From a virus: 64,000 nt of DNA. This document shows positions 16,916 through 27,185 of the stretch, piece after piece. The position numbers were made by a program, and so were the translations under genes. The stretch's first letter is position 1; each line of letters starts with the position of its first letter. The stretch is taken from positions 1-64,000 of IMG/VR virus record IMGVR_UViG_3300021960_000046; one strand, written 5' to 3'. The notes under the pieces were generated by a model. It did not search any database, was not told where the DNA came from, and saw nothing but the letters and a program-made list of their open reading frames with translations.

Positions 16916-16945
16916 TATTTATAACATACCTAGGAGAGATGGCAA
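16916..16945 (-). promoter_or_regulatory. Overlapping TTGCCA -35 box and TATAAATA late promoter
   Basis: TTGCCA at 16940..16945, TATAAATA at 16916..16923, AGGAGAG RBS downstream. Confidence 0.6.
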
Positions 16946-16951
16946 CAGCTT

Positions 16952-17215
16952 TTATATGTAGTTATAAAGAAAAGATGGAATACCACCGTTATTGACCCAT
17001 ACTTGATGTTTGTTTTGAAAAGAAGCAAGTCTCTCTGCGTCTTCTTCAAACTCATACTTAGCTACAATTTTATTAGTCGGTTCTTCCATTACTGCATGGT
17101 AAATGTTATTGCCTTCTTTTAAATCTACAACTTTATATTTCAAGTATTTTAGTCCTTCTGCTGGTCTTCTATCGCCTTTATGAAATTTTACTTTTTGTGT
17201 TTTTCTTTTTGGCAT
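16952..17215 (-). CDS. Small basic hypothetical protein
   Basis: 87-aa ORF abutting the upstream gene. Confidence 0.6.
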   Translation of the reverse strand: MPKRKTQKVKFHKGDRRPAEGLKYLKYKVVDLKEGNNIYHAVMEEPTNKIVAKYEFEEDAERLASFQNKHQVWVNNGGIPSFLYNYI

Positions 17216-17817
17216 TAAAAGTTATTTGTGAAGAAGTGTGTTATTGTGTATCTGCCCCAACCCACTTCGTTAGTCGGTGCCATTTGTATAGGTTTAACCT
17301 CATGTAAATACCATGACGGAAAGAATATCATTCTATTGTTTTTTAATCGAATAGTTGTATCAATGTCTGGTAAATATAGGTCACCACCTTCAAATTTTTT
17401 AGGTTCTCTAAACAACCATATTAATGCCGTAAACATACCATTATCATAATGTGGTTTGTAATGGTCTGAATTTTCATAATAAGATACTATTGTTGCATTT
17501 GTATTAGTGTCTTTAAAATTTCTAGCGTTAGGTATTTCTTTCTCTATTTTATCTGAGAATTCTTTACAATGAATTTTATCTATGTGATTTAGAATAGGTG
17601 AGATTAATCTACCTCTAGGTAAATATATTTCATTTAAAAATACTCTACCATTTTCCGCTAGTGTCTGACCACCAATTTTAGCTGTAGTTGGTTCTTCACT
17701 TGCTTTTACAAACACACCTGGATTTGTATAGAGGTCTAATTCTTTCCACACCTTTTGTAAGGTGAATTCATCATACCAATTATCTTCTAAATGAAACTCG
17801 TACATCACCAAATCCAA
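17215..17817 (-). CDS. 2OG-Fe(II) oxygenase, prolyl-hydroxylase-like
   Basis: YKPHYD, FEGGDL, LHEV, RYTI. Confidence 0.85.
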   Translation of the reverse strand: MDLVMYEFHLEDNWYDEFTLQKVWKELDLYTNPGVFVKASEEPTTAKIGGQTLAENGRVFLNEIYLPRGRLISPILNHIDKIHCKEFSDKIEKEIPNARNFKDTNTNATIVSYYENSDHYKPHYDNGMFTALIWLFREPKKFEGGDLYLPDIDTTIRLKNNRMIFFPSWYLHEVKPIQMAPTNEVGWGRYTITHFFTNNF

Positions 17818-18356
17818 CTTATAAATGAATATCTTACACCTTTAGTAATTGGCATTACTTCGTGTGGATACATAAAGTTTGAAGGAAATACTAACAAATC
17901 TCCTTTTTGTAAATCTATTTTCTCCGAATTAATAATAAATTCGCCACCTTCAAAATCATCATTCAATAAACCTAATACACTTAGTATTGGTACACCAGAA
18001 TTCTCATGTTTAAATACAGAATGTATATGGTCACAATGTACCGCCATCTTTGTATTAACATCATACTTATTAAATCTTACATAAGAATAATTGTTATGAC
18101 TTGTAAACCAAGGTGTACTTAATCCTTGTATATATTGATGTGCTATTTTATCTACAATGTCATTTAATAATGGTCGTGTAGATGTTTCATGCCAAGCAAT
18201 GGATAACTCATTATCATTTGAATAAGTTTCATTTGTGGTTGGATTATAAAATGTATGTTTAGTAAACTCTTTATCTTCTAATTCTTTTATTGTATCTCTA
18301 CAAACTTTATCTGATACTCTATTATATTTTCTAACCCAATGGTTCAAGTTAATCAT
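17805..18356 (-). CDS. 2OG-Fe(II) oxygenase, prolyl-hydroxylase-like
   Basis: HCDH, LNDDFEGGEF, FPSNFMYPHEV, RYS. Confidence 0.88.
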   Translation of the reverse strand: MINLNHWVRKYNRVSDKVCRDTIKELEDKEFTKHTFYNPTTNETYSNDNELSIAWHETSTRPLLNDIVDKIAHQYIQGLSTPWFTSHNNYSYVRFNKYDVNTKMAVHCDHIHSVFKHENSGVPILSVLGLLNDDFEGGEFIINSEKIDLQKGDLLVFPSNFMYPHEVMPITKGVRYSFISWIW

Positions 18357-19711
18357 AATTTGAAATCACTAAACTTGTCGTATGCGTCCTCTTTATTTGT
18401 TTGACCACTATCTACAATGTTTTGTGCTGATTGTTCTACATCATACAATTTCATTTTACTTCTATCAACACCTACAATAAATGCTCTGTTCATACTAGGG
18501 TCATTATATCTGTTCTTCAATTGCTTGACTTTCATTTGACCTAGTTTTTCTAACTCTTCGTTAGACATTAAAGCAAACATAAAATCAGCAGTAGCAGGTA
18601 GACCAAAACTTTCTGAGGTATCTTCTAGTCCAATATCTGTACTGACAAAACCAGTTCTAGTAGTTTGTGTTGCACTAAAGATAGGTACATTATGTTCTAC
18701 AGCAAGACCACGCAATTCTTCAGCAATAGCCTTGATGTAGAAATAGGAGCTAATGTTACCACCTTTAAATCTACTTGAAGCACATATGTTAAGATAGTCG
18801 ATAAAGATAACATCTGGCTTAAATGATTTCTTTAATGCAAGTTCATTAATCAAAGATTTAAAATGGCCACTATGAGCAGAAGCGGTTGGGTATTCTTTGA
18901 TAATTAGTTTGCCGGCAGTTTTACTTTGTATCTTAGATACTTTATTATCATATAATTGTTTAGGCATATTATGTAAATCATCCATAGAAACATCAAATAG
19001 ATTTGCGTCAATTCTTTCAGCAATTCTTTCTTCAGCCATTTCTAATGTGATATACAATACATTTAAACCTTGTGTCAAATAACTTGAAGCGACATGACAC
19101 ATAAACAAAGATTTACCAACACCTGTACCTGCAAGAGCAATGTTTAATGTCTTACTTGGTACACCGCCTTTGGTAATCTTATTAAAGAATGATAAATCAA
19201 ATTGATATCTTTTCTCTTTTGTATGATAGAATTTAAATCTCTCTTCAGCGTCTTCGATATAATCATGGCCAACAGACTTGTCAAATGAAACAGCTAATGC
19301 CTCTGATAATATGTGGGGTATTGCCTCTGCTGTTCTAGCTTTGTCTTTGTTGTCTAAGATTTTAATACCGTCTATAACTGCATTGTGTACAGCACGGTCT
19401 TTACAAAACTTTTCTGTAGTATCTAACAACCATTGTTGTTCTTGTTTCTCATCTGATAAACTAGCAACTAATAGTTTGAGTTCTTTGTGTTCTTCTTCAT
19501 TGATATCTTTTCTATTATTAATCTCAATGAGGATTGTTTCTCTTGTAGGGCAATTCTTATACTTGTCAACAAACTTATACACTTCTTCAAATAAGAATTT
19601 CTCAATTCTGTTTGAAAAATAATCTTCTTTAAGAAAAGGTAATACTTTTCTGGTGTATTCTTCGTTGAAGAAGAGATTACTTAATATCGTTTGTTCAATT
19701 CTATTATTCAA
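18353..19711 (-). CDS. gp41: Replicative DNA helicase
   Basis: ALAGTGVGKS, ITLEMAEE, IDYLNI, SATQTTR, KQLKNRY. Confidence 0.95.
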   Translation of the reverse strand: MNNRIEQTILSNLFFNEEYTRKVLPFLKEDYFSNRIEKFLFEEVYKFVDKYKNCPTRETILIEINNRKDINEEEHKELKLLVASLSDEKQEQQWLLDTTEKFCKDRAVHNAVIDGIKILDNKDKARTAEAIPHILSEALAVSFDKSVGHDYIEDAEERFKFYHTKEKRYQFDLSFFNKITKGGVPSKTLNIALAGTGVGKSLFMCHVASSYLTQGLNVLYITLEMAEERIAERIDANLFDVSMDDLHNMPKQLYDNKVSKIQSKTAGKLIIKEYPTASAHSGHFKSLINELALKKSFKPDVIFIDYLNICASSRFKGGNISSYFYIKAIAEELRGLAVEHNVPIFSATQTTRTGFVSTDIGLEDTSESFGLPATADFMFALMSNEELEKLGQMKVKQLKNRYNDPSMNRAFIVGVDRSKMKLYDVEQSAQNIVDSGQTNKEDAYDKFSDFKL

Positions 19712-20054
19712 TTATAGCCCCATTGTTTAGTTGTTCATCTAGTAATTCTACCAGAATATCTCCAATATAATCTATAAACGCCTGATTGTCAAGCAAATCC
19801 TTATCATGTGGATTCTTAACAATAGTGTAATCAAAAATCAGAGGCAATGTACCATCTGGCTTTTCATCTTTACCGACACCAACATTACCGTATTTGAAAA
19901 TAACATCTTTGTATTCTCCTTCGGTAAGTTTGATACAGGTATGGTCTTCGCCCTCTTTTTGAGCAAAGACATATCGTCTATTCTTCTGTTGGTTCTTCTC
20001 TTGCTGGTTCTTCTTCTGATCCGTAGGAGAATTTTCTTTTTGTGTACTCATCAA
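19704..20054 (-). CDS. Hypothetical protein at the T4 gp40 position (between uvsX and 41)
   Basis: Synteny; YKDVIFKYG...FDY...IGDILVEL. Confidence 0.55.
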   Translation of the reverse strand: MMSTQKENSPTDQKKNQQEKNQQKNRRYVFAQKEGEDHTCIKLTEGEYKDVIFKYGNVGVGKDEKPDGTLPLIFDYTIVKNPHDKDLLDNQAFIDYIGDILVELLDEQLNNGAIIE

Positions 20055-21027
20055 TCTTATCTAATACCTCTTTTGTAAAATATTTTTCAGGCTCGTCATT
20101 GATAGTTTTACCAAAAACTTTTGTGCCATCTGGCATTTCAAATCTTGTAGATACTTTCTTAAAGATACCAGCTTCTTCGCCTAGTTCTAAAAGACCATAG
20201 TATCTGTCAAGGCCTTCTTTATAAGTTAGTCTCACATCAATTTGTGCATTTTCTTTTGTCAATCTACTCTTATAATTTTTACAATGAATGATATTACCGA
20301 CTACCTCTGTACCATCTTTTTCTTTTCTCTTACCTAGGTAAACGATTGATGAAGCGGCGTATTTCAAACCTGAACCACCACCCATTTCTTTTTGAGGGAA
20401 CATTGAACCAATGACATCATAGGTATGATTGGTCATAATCATAGGAATACCTGCTTGTCCTAGTTTCAATGTCAAAACTCTAAATGCTGATTTAACAATC
20501 TGACTTCTTGTCATATCTCTTGTTTCTTTACCAGCGGCTGTATCTTCCATTTCTTTTGTGGTCGATAACATACCTAAACTATCTAATACAAACATCATAG
20601 GCTTACGAGACTTTTCATCTTGCTCTAAGTATTTGTCTAAGATTTTAATTGCTTGTGTTCTAAATTCTTGTACGGTTGCTACAGGCATAACAACTAATCT
20701 TGTACTATCTACACCACGGTTTTCTACCATAGATTTAGATACTGCACTTTCACTTTCAAAGTAAATGACACCTGCTTCTTTATTTTGGTCTAAGAAATTC
20801 TTAACAATACCCAATGCAAAGAATGTCTTTCCTGTCGCAGCCTCACCAGCAATTGCCGTAATTCTACTATCAGGTAGTCCGCCATAAATTGAACCACTTA
20901 ACAGAGCATTAAATGAATATGAACCTGTGTCGATAAAATTATCTACATCACCACCGGTACCATCACTTGCTAGTGTGGCATATTCATTGCCTGTTTCTTT
21001 AATTATTGATTTTAAAAAATCGTTCAT
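19978..21027 (-). CDS. uvsX: RecA-like recombinase
   Basis: [30 protein letters not shown]. Confidence 0.95.
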   Translation of the reverse strand: MNDFLKSIIKETGNEYATLASDGTGGDVDNFIDTGSYSFNALLSGSIYGGLPDSRITAIAGEAATGKTFFALGIVKNFLDQNKEAGVIYFESESAVSKSMVENRGVDSTRLVVMPVATVQEFRTQAIKILDKYLEQDEKSRKPMMFVLDSLGMLSTTKEMEDTAAGKETRDMTRSQIVKSAFRVLTLKLGQAGIPMIMTNHTYDVIGSMFPQKEMGGGSGLKYAASSIVYLGKRKEKDGTEVVGNIIHCKNYKSRLTKENAQIDVRLTYKEGLDRYYGLLELGEEAGIFKKVSTRFEMPDGTKVFGKTINDEPEKYFTKEVLDKIDEYTKRKFSYGSEEEPAREEPTEE

Positions 21028-21136
21028 ACTCTTTTTGCTCCTTTTCAGTATAACTTATAGTATACCATTTTATACCCATACTATAACATAGTTGTTTAAT
21101 TTTGTCAAGCTCCTGAGGGACAAAATTGTGTGTCAT
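20999..21136 (-). CDS. Possible 45-aa protein (not in ORF track)
   Basis: [45 protein letters not shown]; spans the halogenase-uvsX gap; AAGGGA upstream. Confidence 0.4.
   Translation of the reverse strand: MTHNFVPQELDKIKQLCYSMGIKWYTISYTEKEQKEYERFFKINN
21080..21108 (-). promoter_or_regulatory. sigma70-type promoter for uvsX
   Basis: TTGACA-17-TATAGT. Confidence 0.75.
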
Positions 21137-21152
21137 ATAATTGTTATATCCC

Positions 21153-22772
21153 TTATATATTGTTATCATCATATCTTGGATAAGTTAATGTAAAACCTCG
21201 TTTAGCCCATATCTCTACCTGTCCTGGTATATAATCCTCATACTTAATGGACAAATAATCACCATTTAATCTATGCAACTCCTGAATGTATCTCTTATGT
21301 GGAATATAACCAACAATGGTATCTGTTTGGTGTGCTCTCCACTTCAGGTGTCTTTCCCATAAAACATCATAAAATCCTATTTTATTTACTTTGTTAATAT
21401 TATCCCAATATGATTTCATAACTTCTGGTTTTAAAAATCCGTGTGCATAACCTATTAGATTAAAGTTGTCATCTTTAAACAAAGCATAATGATTACAATA
21501 TTTTTCAATATCCATTTCATCTAATGGTCTTTCTTTCCATATATCAATATAATCTAACAAAGTATCCGGTCTTGGAAGTTCAGAACATTTTTGCCAGAAT
21601 GGTGTATCTTTTCTATCTGACATGTAATGTAATGCTACAAAATCTCTGGTGTTTACCATGACCTCATCAACTAAATTATTGTAAGTATCTATTTCTCGTT
21701 GAGATGGTTTCTTTGTCAATCTATGCATTAACATAAATGATTGTTGAATTGATGTGCCAATAGAAGTAGCTTCTAAAGGTTCTAAGAAATTGGCAGATAG
21801 TCCTACTGCAATACAATTTTTAATCCAAACTTTATCTAGTTTACCAGGATCAAATTTAATATGTTTTGCTACTTCTGGTTCTTTGCCGTATTTTTTTGTA
21901 ATCTCTTCCACAGCCTGGTCTTTGTTAATGAAATCTGTATCGTAAATGTATCCGTTACCAGTTCTACCATAAGTTGGTATTTGCCAAGTCCAACCTGCGT
22001 CTAAAGCCCACGCTCTAGTTTGCAATGGATATTCATCTAAGTCCTCTGTAGGAAAAGCAATTGCTTCTTTTAATGGTAAGTATTTACCATAAGATTGCCA
22101 TTCAGCACCTAGTTCACCAATCAATAGTCTTCTAAAACCTGTACAATCAATATAGTAATCAGCTTCATAGGTCTTACCTGTTTTACATTTTAATTGTTTA
22201 ATGCCATTATCATCTACTATTACTTGTTCAACTTCTTCATCATGTAAAGTAATATCTCGTTGTTTCTCATTACACACTCTGGTTAACCAATTGTTAAGTT
22301 CAAATGTATTGAAATGATATTGTACAAATCCACCCATAACTTGTCGTTTACCATCTGGACCTAACCAATCACCTAGTTTGTTAGACCATAACTCTTCGGG
22401 TACAAGTTGTTTAGGACTTAAACCCTCTGCCATCATTTTTGCATAAGGTAAAGATGTCAGCCCCATTTTAGTAGTAAAATCACCACTAACGGAATGTATA
22501 TAATCACCTGTGGTCATCCAATCTTTAAAATGAATACCTGTTTTAATTGTACCTTTAGTTTGTAAGACACTATCTATTTCCGTTTTACCTATGTAACTAA
22601 TAAAATCGTGCCAATGTTCAGTTGAACCTTCACCAACACCAATAATTGGAATATTTTTAGGCACTAATACATCTACTTGTGCTTCTAATCTTCTTTGTAA
22701 TATAAGAGCAGTTACCAATCCAGCAGTACCGCCACCTACCACACATATTTTCATTTTTTGTGGAATGGACAT
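21153..22772 (-). CDS. Flavin-dependent (tryptophan-type) halogenase
   Basis: GGGTAG, IGVGEGS, TIKTGIHFKDW (catalytic Lys region), WTWQIP, FLEPLEAT. Confidence 0.9.
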   Translation of the reverse strand: MSIPQKMKICVVGGGTAGLVTALILQRRLEAQVDVLVPKNIPIIGVGEGSTEHWHDFISYIGKTEIDSVLQTKGTIKTGIHFKDWMTTGDYIHSVSGDFTTKMGLTSLPYAKMMAEGLSPKQLVPEELWSNKLGDWLGPDGKRQVMGGFVQYHFNTFELNNWLTRVCNEKQRDITLHDEEVEQVIVDDNGIKQLKCKTGKTYEADYYIDCTGFRRLLIGELGAEWQSYGKYLPLKEAIAFPTEDLDEYPLQTRAWALDAGWTWQIPTYGRTGNGYIYDTDFINKDQAVEEITKKYGKEPEVAKHIKFDPGKLDKVWIKNCIAVGLSANFLEPLEATSIGTSIQQSFMLMHRLTKKPSQREIDTYNNLVDEVMVNTRDFVALHYMSDRKDTPFWQKCSELPRPDTLLDYIDIWKERPLDEMDIEKYCNHYALFKDDNFNLIGYAHGFLKPEVMKSYWDNINKVNKIGFYDVLWERHLKWRAHQTDTIVGYIPHKRYIQELHRLNGDYLSIKYEDYIPGQVEIWAKRGFTLTYPRYDDNNI

Positions 22773-23515
22773 TTATATTCTCCGTCTTTTCTCATTTGCT
22801 TTTGTTTTTCTTTGTACCCACCATTTAGACCATTAAACTTTGTAAAAATATTTAAAGCACTAGTCTTTCTTTCTTTTTCAAATTCAGGTGTTTCATCAAT
22901 ACATTCAAATTCAAATTCGTTTCTTTGAAAAGGTATGTACATACACAATGGTGTACCTCTTTTAATCTCTATTGTGCCTTCTTTTTTAACCATGACTTGT
23001 TGATTAATTTCGTAGTGAAAATCTGTGTCTATAATGCCAGGTAATACTTCAAAGTCTTCATTGAATTCATAGAACATTGGCATTTGTAACATAGAAACTC
23101 CTGGTGGAGTTTTTACAAACCAAGGACATTCTGTTTTCCAACAGAATTTATATGTATCTCTTTGATTGGCAGGTAAGTGGTCAATGAATTGATTGTCACC
23201 ATGAAATCTCCAAGGCAACTTATCGTTTGGTGTTTCCCAATTATAAACAACTTCACCGTCATTCAAAGTTTTAATAGTTAATCTACTATCACACCACATT
23301 TTCATTACATAACCAATTCTATGAAAATCTGGAAAAGAAGGACAATTCTTAACGGTTGGTAATTTTTCTTCTCCGTCCATGGTAAATCTAGGAGTTTTTG
23401 CAAACCATGACGGAATATATTTTGTTGCAACTTCTATAGGTTGAATATCGGCCAAACCTGGAACGGATGACCAGAAAGTTATTTTAGGTTGTTTCTTTTT
23501 AAAAAAGTTTATCAT
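22751..23515 (-). CDS. Conserved phage hypothetical protein of the type found in oxygenase/halogenase clusters
   Basis: KNCP...GY...PWFVKTPPG...LPGIIDTD...GTPL pattern. Confidence 0.6.
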   Translation of the reverse strand: MINFFKKKQPKITFWSSVPGLADIQPIEVATKYIPSWFAKTPRFTMDGEEKLPTVKNCPSFPDFHRIGYVMKMWCDSRLTIKTLNDGEVVYNWETPNDKLPWRFHGDNQFIDHLPANQRDTYKFCWKTECPWFVKTPPGVSMLQMPMFYEFNEDFEVLPGIIDTDFHYEINQQVMVKKEGTIEIKRGTPLCMYIPFQRNEFEFECIDETPEFEKERKTSALNIFTKFNGLNGGYKEKQKQMRKDGEYKCPFHKK

Positions 23516-23522
23516 TAATTAC

Positions 23523-24629
23523 TCATCTTATAATATCAATATTACTATCTTTAGTCCATATCTCTAAATCATTTCGAATACGACCTTCTTCTTTTAACTT
23601 GTTATATCTTTTTGTGGCTAGTTTTCTCCACCATGAAACAATGTTATCTACATTGTATTTATCATAGTTTTCAGCCTTCTTTATTTCATCTGTTTTACCA
23701 TTTACTATATCAACAAAGTTTTCAATACCATAATTTGAAACATAATATCTTTTTTGTTCTGTTAAGTTCTTTGCGTTTGCAATAGTCACATCAAAGTTTT
23801 TACGGTCATCACCATCTAGTGCTTTCTTTACTAGACCAATAATACCTGTAGTCATTTTAAGTTTACGACTTGACGCACCTTCTTTTACAAGTTGTCCTTT
23901 GCCAATAATATCCTCAACATAGTCTACCATATCTAAGTAAGGTTTACCATGCAACATAGGAATAAAATCTGACATTGTATTGCCTTTGTATCTTAGAAAC
24001 GGTTTCATACCGTCATACATTGAGGCACCTTTTGTATTACCATAGAGTGATGTAGTTTCAAACATTACCAAGTTCATATCATATTTTTTGTTTAATCGTT
24101 CTCTAACAAAGTGTGAACAACATACCCCAGCAAGAAGTTTACCACCGAGGTAATTATAACCAAAGGGCTGGCAAGGAACAATAACAAAACCCATAATTGC
24201 TGTCTTATTGAAAGTTGTGAGGTTTGGTACACTTCCCAATAAATCATTTCTTGGTTTACAATTAATAACTGGACTCCCAAAACGCATAAAGCCCACAAAC
24301 TTATTAGTATTATTTTCTTTAACTGCAAGTTTCAATGCCTTTCCTGGAATACTGACCATATTACTATGACTTGAAATCATATTAATACAGGTGTCCCATG
24401 TGTAGTTATCTAATTCAACAACTTCTAAATCCATGTCCTCTGGTGACATAGTAAAGTCACTAAACATCTCGGAATCTAAACCCATACCAGGCAAAGATGT
24501 AGGCAGACTATCAATCTGTGCCATCTTTTGGTCACGCATGTACTGGTCTATTCTTTCAAACTGACCAAAATAGTCGTTGAAGATAGCTGCGACATGTTGT
24601 GCTTGTTCTTTACTTAGGGTCTTCGCCAT
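23523..24629 (-). CDS. DUF4338/DruA-like protein (paralogue 1)
   Basis: PGKALKLAV...GFMRFGSP...IVPCQPFGYNYLGGKLLA...FETTSLYG...YKGNT. Confidence 0.7.
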   Translation of the reverse strand: MAKTLSKEQAQHVAAIFNDYFGQFERIDQYMRDQKMAQIDSLPTSLPGMGLDSEMFSDFTMSPEDMDLEVVELDNYTWDTCINMISSHSNMVSIPGKALKLAVKENNTNKFVGFMRFGSPVINCKPRNDLLGSVPNLTTFNKTAIMGFVIVPCQPFGYNYLGGKLLAGVCCSHFVRERLNKKYDMNLVMFETTSLYGNTKGASMYDGMKPFLRYKGNTMSDFIPMLHGKPYLDMVDYVEDIIGKGQLVKEGASSRKLKMTTGIIGLVKKALDGDDRKNFDVTIANAKNLTEQKRYYVSNYGIENFVDIVNGKTDEIKKAENYDKYNVDNIVSWWRKLATKRYNKLKEEGRIRNDLEIWTKDSNIDIIR

Positions 24630-24702
24630 TCCACATCCATAATAATAAAACTGGTATCAATAATATAACTATACTACAAAATATACTAAATGTCAAGCTC
24701 AT
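24610..24702 (-). CDS. Possible 30-aa membrane peptide coupled to gp43 (not in ORF track)
   Basis: MSLTFSIFCSIVILLIPVLLLWMWNGEDPK; ATGA overlap with the gp43 stop and GGAGG upstream. Confidence 0.4.
   Translation of the reverse strand: MSLTFSIFCSIVILLIPVLLLWMWNGEDPK
24668..24696 (-). promoter_or_regulatory. sigma70-type promoter
   Basis: TTGACA-17-TATAGT upstream of 23523..24629. Confidence 0.75.
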
Positions 24703-27185
24703 CCGAAGAAAGCCTCCAGACTTGCCTGTGGTTCTGCTTTCCAACCAATTGCGTCTAAGATAAATCGCATAGGGTCTAAGAAAGTCTTATCAAACATAAC
24801 ATCATAGTCTATGTATTGTTGTAGATTAAACTCGGTTGGTAGTGTACTAATATAACTGATAACATCAAACTTAAACGGATTGGCTTCTTTGAGTTTTAGA
24901 AACTTAATCTTGTCGCCTTCTTGTATCATAGGATACTTGTTATGTAATTTGAAATTATCAATCTGATGATTATATATCAAAGCACCTTTCACATGAATTG
25001 GTGTACCTTTGATGAATATGTTACTACTACTGGTATACTTTTTAAGATTGTTACAACTTCTAGGAAAAGCAATTGCTTCTGCCGGTAGTTTGAAAAATTC
25101 TGTTCTAAAGTCTGCAATAAATTTATGTAGGTCTGTTTGTTCTTTACCCATAATAATTTTAATTGCTTCTTTAATCTTACCTCTACAAACTTGTGGTGTT
25201 GAAGACTTAACGGCTTCGATACCCATAAGTTTAAGTTTAGGTTCTGCAAGTCTAACACCTTCTTCATCAAGTACATTTAGCATGTATCTCTTCTTTGCAA
25301 TCCAGATACCTTTGTTGGCAATTACTTCTCGTTTCATTACCATGGCATTTTTAAATGCATTAGAATAATCTGCTAGTTCATCAAAACATTTTTCAATATA
25401 TGGTTCAATCTTTTGTTCACAAACTTTATTTAAGAAGTCAACAATCTGGTCATTTGTTTTACCTTTGCATGTTACTTCAACTAATTTTTCTAATCGAACA
25501 TAGATACTATCTGTATCAGACGCCACAATATAATCTTCGTTATCTGTATTCAATACTTTGTTTAAATAATCATTTACTTTTTTTTCAATGAAACGAATAA
25601 TAAACTGACCAGCAGTTGTAATACCAGCAGCCTGTCTTACATCATAATACCTGAAGTATTGATTACCAACTGCACCATAAGCTGAGTTCAATGCAATCTT
25701 TCTTGCCCATTGAATATTATGGCACCTTGCAATCTCTTTAACTAATTCTGGATTCTTAGTTCTTTGATATTGTTCTTTTGCCTTCAACATTCGTTTCTTA
25801 TAAATCACTCGTTCTTTATACATGGTCTCCATCATTTCAGATAGAAACCCTTGGCTGTCTCTCATAAACAATGCACCGTTAGGTGTAATTGTTGCGTTCT
25901 TTTCTTTTAAGAAATCTAAATTAATTTCTCTATTCAACATCTTCTCAACACCAACGGCTGAATGATGAGAACCAATCAGTTTTTCTGGTGAGATGTTGTA
26001 TTGAATAAGAATATGTGGATAAAGAGAGTTGATATCAAATGAAACCATCCACTTGTGTTGGCCTGGTATAGGGTCTTTTACATAAGCGCCTTCATACTTT
26101 TCATTCTTAATGTGGTCTTCTCTTGGTGGTATGCAAATATTCTTCTTCATCAAATAGTTTGCAATCAAAGTATCCCACACTCGCACTTGTGAAAAGATAT
26201 CATCATAGTTAACTTTGGATTCATATGCAACGGTCAATGCCAGTTCAATCAAACCTAGTTTGTCTTCTAGTTTGTCAACAATCTCCACATCTTGTATGTT
26301 GTAATCTACAAACCTTTGAAAGTCTTTCTCATAAAATTCTTTGAATGTGCCATAAGGGTTATCGTTCTTGTTTTCATCTAGTTCTATTTCACCAATGAAA
26401 TCTAGTTTATAACTTTCTTGCCTTGTTGGAATAAACCACTTATACAAGTCAAGGTAATCTAACATAACGGTACCAAACAAAGTATAAACTCTTTGTGGTC
26501 GACCTTGTACATGAATTACTGCATTGTCAATCAATCCCCAAGGTGACATCTTTTCAATGACCTTTTGACCTGCAACAAGTTTAATTCTTTCCATCAAATA
26601 TGGTAAGTCAAAAAACTTGGTATTCCAGCCTGTGATAATATCAGGATGATTTTTCATCCAAAACTTCACAAACTCAAACATCAATTCTTTTTCACTCTTA
26701 CATTTAATATAAGTTACATCTGTTCTATCTGTATGATAATCGCCTACACCCCATGTAATGATGTGTTTGTTTGTTTGATTTTTTACCGTAATACATAACA
26801 ACTCTTCAACTGGATTTTCTACATCTGGAAAACCATTTTCACAAGTAGTCTCAATGTCTAGTGTAAAAATTTTAATTAGTTTTTTATCCCATTCAATCTC
26901 TTGTGGGAATTCTTGGCCAATATACTGATAATGAAACCTCTCTAAACCATAGACAGGTGTATTCATCTCAGACCTCTCTTTACGATATCGTCTGGCATCC
27001 ATAATATTATCAAATGTTATTGGTTGTAGATACTGACCTTGTAGGTTTTTGTAAGGAGATTTAGATGATGTTAGAGAATAGAAAGTTGGCATAAAGTCCA
27101 ACTTCTCTTTGTATTCTTTACCGCCGTGTATACCACGGACTAATAGTTTTCCTCTGTGTTCGATAACATTTTTATAAAAGTTCAT
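24699..27185 (-). CDS. gp43: Family B DNA polymerase
   Basis: DIET exonuclease, SFDINSLYP, KIALNSAYG, SDTDS, KKRY. Confidence 0.97.
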   Translation of the reverse strand: MNFYKNVIEHRGKLLVRGIHGGKEYKEKLDFMPTFYSLTSSKSPYKNLQGQYLQPITFDNIMDARRYRKERSEMNTPVYGLERFHYQYIGQEFPQEIEWDKKLIKIFTLDIETTCENGFPDVENPVEELLCITVKNQTNKHIITWGVGDYHTDRTDVTYIKCKSEKELMFEFVKFWMKNHPDIITGWNTKFFDLPYLMERIKLVAGQKVIEKMSPWGLIDNAVIHVQGRPQRVYTLFGTVMLDYLDLYKWFIPTRQESYKLDFIGEIELDENKNDNPYGTFKEFYEKDFQRFVDYNIQDVEIVDKLEDKLGLIELALTVAYESKVNYDDIFSQVRVWDTLIANYLMKKNICIPPREDHIKNEKYEGAYVKDPIPGQHKWMVSFDINSLYPHILIQYNISPEKLIGSHHSAVGVEKMLNREINLDFLKEKNATITPNGALFMRDSQGFLSEMMETMYKERVIYKKRMLKAKEQYQRTKNPELVKEIARCHNIQWARKIALNSAYGAVGNQYFRYYDVRQAAGITTAGQFIIRFIEKKVNDYLNKVLNTDNEDYIVASDTDSIYVRLEKLVEVTCKGKTNDQIVDFLNKVCEQKIEPYIEKCFDELADYSNAFKNAMVMKREVIANKGIWIAKKRYMLNVLDEEGVRLAEPKLKLMGIEAVKSSTPQVCRGKIKEAIKIIMGKEQTDLHKFIADFRTEFFKLPAEAIAFPRSCNNLKKYTSSSNIFIKGTPIHVKGALIYNHQIDNFKLHNKYPMIQEGDKIKFLKLKEANPFKFDVISYISTLPTEFNLQQYIDYDVMFDKTFLDPMRFILDAIGWKAEPQASLEAFFG

